This document shows positions 58,462-64,000 of a stretch of 64,000 nucleotides of DNA, in pieces (position 1 is the stretch's first letter; each line of letters starts with the position of its first letter). The notes beneath the pieces were generated by a model that saw only the letters and a list, made by a program, of their open reading frames with translations, did no database searches and was not told the DNA's origin. The stretch comes from an uncultured Desulfosarcina sp. (GTDB lineage: Bacteria; Desulfobacterota; Desulfobacteria; Desulfobacterales; Desulfosarcinaceae), in the NCBI GenBank assembly GCA_963674945.2, contig CAXXWQ010000001.1:352001-416000 (forward strand). The letters run 5' to 3'. A program made the translations under genes and the position numbers.

Positions 58462-58687
58462 TCGGCCTATTTTAAACCTTGACTTATCATCCACTTGGCA
58501 TATAAAACCATATCTATATCCGAATTAAAAATAGACATGGAGAAAACGTGTTTTTCAAAAGGATCATAAAAAAACTCAAAAATCTAATCGGAAAGAAAAG
58601 AATCTTAGTAGCGCAAATTTCCTCCGATTGGTTCAATTCCGTACAAGAAGAGACTTACAATGTGCTTATTCAATCAAAGAAAAGCCT

Positions 58688-59173
58688 TTAGTGTCGCTTC
58701 ATCGATTCAGGAGGAAGACCTTGCCAAACTCCGAGATCTTTTTGATCACCTACTGAAAACGGAAGCTTCATTTCATGAAGCAGAAGCAGCATTATACCAG
58801 GTAAAATTGCGCTTTCCGGAAGACCTGAGGGAATTGTCGTGAATGCATTCCCAGTCTTTTCGTTGATCATGGCCACAATGATCAATTGCCGGTGGCGTTC
58901 AAACAGGACCCGCCATGCGCCTGGCGATATATCTTCCCATGAAGACGGAATCGGATTTGATGCAAACCTTTCTATGGCCTTATCCGCCTCATCCTCGAAC
59001 TTTGGATCGTACCTTATCGATAAAATACGGTCCATGCGTGACCTGAATATATCGTTTAATGGCCATAATATTTCAGCCAGTTTTCCACCCCCAACAATCT
59101 CAGGCTGCACATTATCGATAGAGCCGAGTATTTTATTAAAGAACTTTAATGCAAGCTTGGCCGACATATTCAA
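58688..59173 (-). CDS. Hypothetical protein between repressor and ner-like gene
   Basis: 161-aa ORF with protein-like composition and an AAGGA RBS; competing plus-strand ORFs are shorter. Confidence 0.55.
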   Translation of the reverse strand: MNMSAKLALKFFNKILGSIDNVQPEIVGGGKLAEILWPLNDIFRSRMDRILSIRYDPKFEDEADKAIERFASNPIPSSWEDISPGAWRVLFERHRQLIIVAMINEKTGNAFTTIPSGLPESAILPGIMLLLLHEMKLPFSVGDQKDLGVWQGLPPESMKRH

Positions 59174-59200
59174 TCCTTTTATTTATCCAAGGAGCTTCTC

Positions 59201-59455
59201 ATGACATTTTCTGAGCCAATCACCGCCATGGATATTCAATACATGCTCAAGCGGAAAGGGGTAACGCAGAAGGCTCTTGCGGAAAAGCACGGTGTTTCCG
59301 AAATGACCATATCCCGTGTCATCCACCAAAAGCTGATCTCCGACCGTTTATTCCGTGCCATTTCGAAAGAAATCGGATTGGACCCGAAAGTCGCATTCGC
59401 TGATTATTACAACTGGGACGGCCGTCGTCCTCGCAAGTCTTCTTCTGCTAATTAA
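59201..59455 (+). CDS. Ner/Cro-like HTH regulator
   Basis: DIQYMLKRKGVTQKALAEKHGVSEMTISRVI; position upstream of MuA. Confidence 0.85.
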   Translation: MTFSEPITAMDIQYMLKRKGVTQKALAEKHGVSEMTISRVIHQKLISDRLFRAISKEIGLDPKVAFADYYNWDGRRPRKSSSAN

Positions 59456-59485
59456 TAGATCTATCAATATACCCATTTCACGTCA

Positions 59486-59956
59486 ATGCCTAAGAAACGC
59501 AATCAAATAGATACGGCGCAGCTCAGTTTGTTCGACCATCTAACCCGGTTAACCGAAGAGAAGCGGGCCGCTGCGGGCAGCGAGGGCACGATGAACGTCC
59601 GTGACCGTTTGCGGCGGGCGCTAAATCGGGCGATCAAGGAATGTAGCCTTTCCCGGCACCAGATCGCCGGGGAGATGAGCCATCTATTGGGTGTCGAGAT
59701 CACCAAGGCCGTCATCGATGCGTGGACGGCCGAAAGCAAGGACAACTATCGCATCCCAGCCGAGTACCTTCCAGCCTTCTGCCGGGCAACCGGATCCAAC
59801 GACCCGATCGAAATTTTAAACGACACAGTCGGCATGTTTTCCATGCCTGGACCGGACGCACTTCGGTCCGAGATCCAGAGATGGAAGGAGAAGCTGAGCG
59901 AGGCCAGGTCGGAAGTCAGGAAGCGTGAAATGTTTCTCGAAGAGATGACGAAATAA
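59486..59956 (+). CDS. Phage regulatory protein (CII-like)
   Basis: LSRHQIAGEMSHLLG..ITKAVIDAWTAESK..RIPAEYLPAFCRATG. Confidence 0.7.
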   Translation: MPKKRNQIDTAQLSLFDHLTRLTEEKRAAAGSEGTMNVRDRLRRALNRAIKECSLSRHQIAGEMSHLLGVEITKAVIDAWTAESKDNYRIPAEYLPAFCRATGSNDPIEILNDTVGMFSMPGPDALRSEIQRWKEKLSEARSEVRKREMFLEEMTK

Positions 59957-59969
59957 GAAAGGGGTAACC

Positions 59970-60719
59970 ATGTCAAAAAGCGAGAATCCATTGTTTCGAA
60001 AGACATCCAACGCACCCGTCGAACCGGACGTCTTGGACATTGACGACGACAGCATCGTTCCGCTGAACGAGTCCTTCCCAGGCATGCCGCCCATGTCGGT
60101 CCGGGAGAAGAAACGCCTGGCGGAGCTGGAGGATGTGGTCACCAGGAATTTCAAGGCGTTTTACGAGGTAGGATGCGCATTGAGGGAGATTAATACATCC
60201 ATGCTCTACCGGTCCACGCATTCCACTTTTGCAGGTTATGCAAAAGATTTATGGGATATACAGCGGGCGCATGCGTATCGTATGATCGATGCTGCTGACA
60301 TTGTAGATCGTCTTCTGCCATACGCGGAACAAATTAAGAATGTCTCCAATTGGAGACAAGACGAAAAACCAATTCCACAAAACGAAGCACAGGCAAGAGC
60401 CCTCGTCAAATACCCAGAGGAAAAACAGATCGAGATCTGGAGGAAGGCCGTGGAAACGGCGGACGGCCGGATAACGGCGGCGCACATAAAACAGACGGCC
60501 AGGAAGATCCACGGCGAAAAAGTGAAAACGACCGTTGACAGGGCCAAGAGAAAAACCAATGTGCCGGCGGTAAAGATGAGCGACCGGTTTCGCAAGGCGT
60601 TCAACGAATTCTTGGACGCCATCAACGAGGAGCGTCTCAAGGACTGGAAAGATACCGATCCGACCGAGGCGCAGCGGCACATAGAAGGTATTTTACAGGC
60701 GATATCCCAACCATTGTAG
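59970..60719 (+). CDS. Phage hypothetical protein, probably DNA-binding
   Basis: FYEVGCALREI...LYR..HSTF..Y..RAHAYRMIDAA...NEAQARAL; directly upstream of the transposase. Confidence 0.7.
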   Translation: MSKSENPLFRKTSNAPVEPDVLDIDDDSIVPLNESFPGMPPMSVREKKRLAELEDVVTRNFKAFYEVGCALREINTSMLYRSTHSTFAGYAKDLWDIQRAHAYRMIDAADIVDRLLPYAEQIKNVSNWRQDEKPIPQNEAQARALVKYPEEKQIEIWRKAVETADGRITAAHIKQTARKIHGEKVKTTVDRAKRKTNVPAVKMSDRFRKAFNEFLDAINEERLKDWKDTDPTEAQRHIEGILQAISQPL

Positions 60720-60727
60720 AGGGCGGC

Positions 60728-62866
60728 ATGGAGCATTGTCTGACTGTCAATTCAATTTCTGAATGTATCGGTCTTTCGCCTCGGATGGTGCGAATACGAG
60801 CCCAAAACGAGAGATGGCCAACCGTAGGCCAGCGCGTTCGAGGTGGGCCAAGGAAATTATTTCCGACGTCACTACTGCCGGACGATGTTCGGGCGGCAGT
60901 ATTCTCAACGTTATACGGAGGTGAATCCTCAGGATTCATACGGGGCCTTGGCGTGAACGCAGAGGCGATGGCCGCGAAAATCGCAAAACAGGATGAAGTG
61001 GAGGCGAAACTTGCGGCATATAACGCACTCACAGACGAGCAAAAAGACGAGGCGTACGCGAACGAGGAGATCCTGAAGGCGCGTGATGGGTTTCTGGCCG
61101 CAACGAAGCTGCCCAAAAAGAAGGGAACGCTCCTATTTATAAAAGAGGTGAAGGCGGGGACGATAAAATTTCCACCCAACGTAACCAGCGCAATGAAAAA
61201 ACGAAAAGGAAAAATCGTCCTTTCTTGGTCCACTTTTTACCGATGGGAGACTGAGTACAAGGAGAATGGACCGGCTGGGCTGGCAAGGAACTACGTCAGC
61301 ATGTCAAAGACGTCGGTGCCTGAGCACATGCAGAAGTTCATCCAGGCAATGATCGTCGATCACCCTCATGTATCGATCCCAGGGATACGCATGTCCATAA
61401 AAGCAAGATTCGACGGCCAGGAAATACCGAGCGCGCATGCGATAAGGCGATACGTTTCCAAATGGAAGGATGAAAACGAGAGTCTCCTCCTATACCTGAA
61501 GAATCCTGATGAGTGGAAAAATAGGAAAATGTTCGCCTTCGGCGACGCATCCGAGCAGGTCTTCAGACTGAATCAGTTATGGGAATACGACTCTACGCCG
61601 GGAGACGTGATGCTCACCGATGGCCGGCACACGATAATAGGCGTGATCGATGTCTATTCAAGGCGGATCAAGCTGCTGGTGTCTCCGACATCAAAGGCGG
61701 AATCGGTGGCGGCACTCACCAGGCGTGCCTTGCTTGACTGGGGTGTGCCAGAATCAGCAAAGACCGATAATGGCGCCGACTATGTGTCGCGGCATATGGT
61801 GCGAATATTTTCAGACCTTGAAGTCGAACAGGTGCTTTGCCCGCCTTTCTCTCCAGAGAAGAAGCCGCATATCGAACGTGCATTCAAAACCTTTTCCCAC
61901 TCCATCGTCGAACTGTTACCAGGCTACATCGGCCACAGCGTTGCGGACAGAAAAGCCATAGAGTCAAGACGCACATTTGCACAGCGAATGATGAAGCAGG
62001 GATCGGATCCGGTGGATATCAAAATTTCATCCGACGAATTCCAGGAAATCTGTGACCGGTGGGTGGATGCCATCTACCATCACAACTCCCATGACGGACT
62101 CGACGGCATGACGCCGGCACAGGTGGCAAGGGATTGGACCGGACCAGTGCGGCGCATCAGCAACGAGCGGGCGTTGGATATTCTTCTTTCACCTGCGCCG
62201 TCGGACGGCGGTTTCCGGGATATCCGAAGAAAGGGTATCAGGGTTGAAAACGCATGGTTTATCACACCAGAGCTGGCCGGGCACGAAGGACGCGTAAGGG
62301 TTCTGTTGGACCGTACTGATTACGGCACAATTTACGTGTTCGGAGAGGATGGGACGTATATATGCACCGCTGTCAATCCTGACCGTACTGGCCATAACCG
62401 AAAAGAGATCGCAGATAAAGCGAAGGACATCCAAAAGAAGGTGATGCGCGAGGGCAGCCGGGAGCTGAAGAAGGTCGCGCGAGAGGCAAAAACTCGGTTT
62501 ATCCACGATGAGATCCTCGGCTATAGGGAATCAAAGATTGCAAACATCGTGGACCATCCAAAACAAAGCGAAGAATACAGCACCGGCGCGTTGGATGAGG
62601 CGGCGATGGCGGTAGAGGACATGCGGCGAAAGGAACTTGGCCCTTCTCCCATCGCCATCAGCGAAGATGAGGAGGAGCGCGCAAAGGACGTGATCCGGCT
62701 GGCGGACAAGCAGGCAAACAGGATGCCGTCTACTCAATGGGAAAAATACGAGTATCTCACCCAGGACCTGGCCGATGGAAAATACCTTCCAGATGCAGAT
62801 TTGGCTTGGATGAAACGGTATGAGCACTTTCTGCAAACAGGGAAAATGGCAAGTTGTAACGAGTGA
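60728..62866 (+). CDS. Mu-like DDE transposase (MuA)
   Basis: N-terminal Mu-type HTH; LWEYDSTPGD, IDVYSRR, KTDNGADY, KPHIERAF; Mu C-terminal domain. Confidence 0.93.
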   Translation: MEHCLTVNSISECIGLSPRMVRIRAQNERWPTVGQRVRGGPRKLFPTSLLPDDVRAAVFSTLYGGESSGFIRGLGVNAEAMAAKIAKQDEVEAKLAAYNALTDEQKDEAYANEEILKARDGFLAATKLPKKKGTLLFIKEVKAGTIKFPPNVTSAMKKRKGKIVLSWSTFYRWETEYKENGPAGLARNYVSMSKTSVPEHMQKFIQAMIVDHPHVSIPGIRMSIKARFDGQEIPSAHAIRRYVSKWKDENESLLLYLKNPDEWKNRKMFAFGDASEQVFRLNQLWEYDSTPGDVMLTDGRHTIIGVIDVYSRRIKLLVSPTSKAESVAALTRRALLDWGVPESAKTDNGADYVSRHMVRIFSDLEVEQVLCPPFSPEKKPHIERAFKTFSHSIVELLPGYIGHSVADRKAIESRRTFAQRMMKQGSDPVDIKISSDEFQEICDRWVDAIYHHNSHDGLDGMTPAQVARDWTGPVRRISNERALDILLSPAPSDGGFRDIRRKGIRVENAWFITPELAGHEGRVRVLLDRTDYGTIYVFGEDGTYICTAVNPDRTGHNRKEIADKAKDIQKKVMREGSRELKKVAREAKTRFIHDEILGYRESKIANIVDHPKQSEEYSTGALDEAAMAVEDMRRKELGPSPIAISEDEEERAKDVIRLADKQANRMPSTQWEKYEYLTQDLADGKYLPDADLAWMKRYEHFLQTGKMASCNE

Positions 62867-63249
62867 TGACTGAGGGAAGAGAGGGAGAGATGGCCAAAAA
62901 AAGGGCAAAGATGAAGAAACAATACCAAAAGAGCAATCGAAAACTCGGAATGAAAGACTTGCCGAAGGAGGTGCTGGTTGACCTTATAAAACACCTCAAT
63001 ATTGAGTTTTCGGAGGAGGCTATCGTAGAAACCATTATCCGGCATCGTCTGCGCCGGGCATCCGGCCACGCGAGAAAACATCAAGAAATAATGGAAGAGG
63101 CCAGTAAAACAAACATCAAACGGAAGCGGAGGGACTTAGAAATCGAGGCCAATCGCCACGCTGTGAACCTTGGCACATTGTACCAATCGGCCAAAAAGAT
63201 GGTCGCAGATTATGGGCTCGGTGAAAAATTTCCACGTTTGGCAGGGTAA
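62863..63249 (+). CDS. Hypothetical basic protein between MuA and MuB
   Basis: ORF coupled to the transposase stop. Confidence 0.6.
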   Translation: MMTEGREGEMAKKRAKMKKQYQKSNRKLGMKDLPKEVLVDLIKHLNIEFSEEAIVETIIRHRLRRASGHARKHQEIMEEASKTNIKRKRRDLEIEANRHAVNLGTLYQSAKKMVADYGLGEKFPRLAG

Positions 63250-63314
63250 AAGGTCGGCCGGTGCGGGCAACACCGGCCTTTTGGTAAAGCGTAAGACAAA
63301 AAGGAGGTTACCAC

Positions 63315-64000
63315 ATGAAGCACGAAATGGCAATGACGGCGAATGTCCGCCGGTTTCTGGCGGCGGTTCGCGAACTGACCGACCGTCCCATGGGTGTTGA
63401 GGGGATGGGGCTTTTATGGGGCCATCCAGGAGAAGGAAAAAGCACAACGGTCGCCTTCGCCACCAACACGCTGGACGGCATCTTCCTTCGGGCCAATGCC
63501 TGCTGGACGGTGACCAGCATGCTCAGTGCCCTGATGGTTGAACTGGGCCAGCCGACAGGTCGATTCCGGGCGCCAATGGTGGACGCTTCGGTGCGCTGCT
63601 TGATGGAAAGACCGAGGCCGATCTTCGTCGACGAGGCGGATTATCTACTTCGCCAGACCGACATGATCGACGTGTTACGGGACATCTACGACAACACCGG
63701 GTCGCCGGTCGTGCTCATCGGAATGGAGGAGATGGCCAGGAAGCTGCAAAACAACGGTCGATTTGCCAGGCGCGTCACCCAGTGGGTGGAGTTTCGCGGC
63801 ATCACCATTGCCGACGCGCGGACGCTTGCCGAAACCGTGTGCGAGGTGGGTGTGGAACATGACCTGCTGGAGAGGCTGCACGAGGCGGCCAGAGCCAACA
63901 TCGGGCGCATGACCACCGGCCTGTCGCGGATTGAGCAACTGGCCAAGATCAATGGGCTGGAGTCGGTTTCCCTTGCCGAATGGGGAGACCGTCCGCTTTT
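63315..64000 (+). CDS. MuB-like AAA ATPase (runs off the window end)
   Basis: Manual translation MKHEMAMTANVRRF...WGHPGEGKST...IFVDEADYL...LRDIYD...VVLIGM; AAGGAGG RBS. Confidence 0.9.
   Translation, partial: MKHEMAMTANVRRFLAAVRELTDRPMGVEGMGLLWGHPGEGKSTTVAFATNTLDGIFLRANACWTVTSMLSALMVELGQPTGRFRAPMVDASVRCLMERPRPIFVDEADYLLRQTDMIDVLRDIYDNTGSPVVLIGMEEMARKLQNNGRFARRVTQWVEFRGITIADARTLAETVCEVGVEHDLLERLHEAARANIGRMTTGLSRIEQLAKINGLESVSLAEWGDRPL

Larger units (their letters stand above)
54841..64000 (+). mobile_element. Left part of a Mu-like transposable prophage/element
   Basis: Starts with TG exactly where MCP similarity stops; repeated end motifs; repressor divergent from ner-like, MuA and MuB genes. 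Confidence 0.85.

Noticed and set aside
58660..59204. Two plus-strand ORFs in the prophage early region
   Set aside because: They overlap a longer, more protein-like minus-strand ORF; cannot be fully excluded.

Overview
The window looks like chromosomal DNA from an anaerobic deltaproteobacterium (Desulfobacteraceae-like; inferred from gene content only). From left to right it contains: (1) a partial IS1380-family element and a mixed accessory block (DUF5131, O-methyltransferase, old-yellow-enzyme oxidoreductase, HdrD-like Fe-S protein, secreted beta-helix protein, corrinoid protein, chemoreceptor); (2) an AT-rich array of integron-type gene cassettes with four attC sites and no integrase nearby, carrying two vapBC pairs, a broken antitoxin and an unknown membrane protein; (3) an unexplained three-gene MotA/ExbB-like locus; (4) fadL and a TetR-controlled ABC/LolA-like operon; (5) a RiPP cluster at 27.4-33.0 kb; (6) housekeeping and transport genes (SLC13, MOT1, trmO, MFS, pgm, adenylate cyclase operon, amtB, fapA, cydAB, ZIP); and (7) the left end of a Mu-like transposable prophage that truncates a chemoreceptor gene and carries an IS4 element. 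The best candidate for an undescribed system is the RiPP cluster. It has lasso-type leader machinery (PqqD/RRE and B2 peptidase), an HPr-kinase-like enzyme, a nucleotidyltransferase, an ABC exporter and two tandem precursor peptides (one missed by the ORF track), but no lasso cyclase, and its cores do not fit lasso rules.
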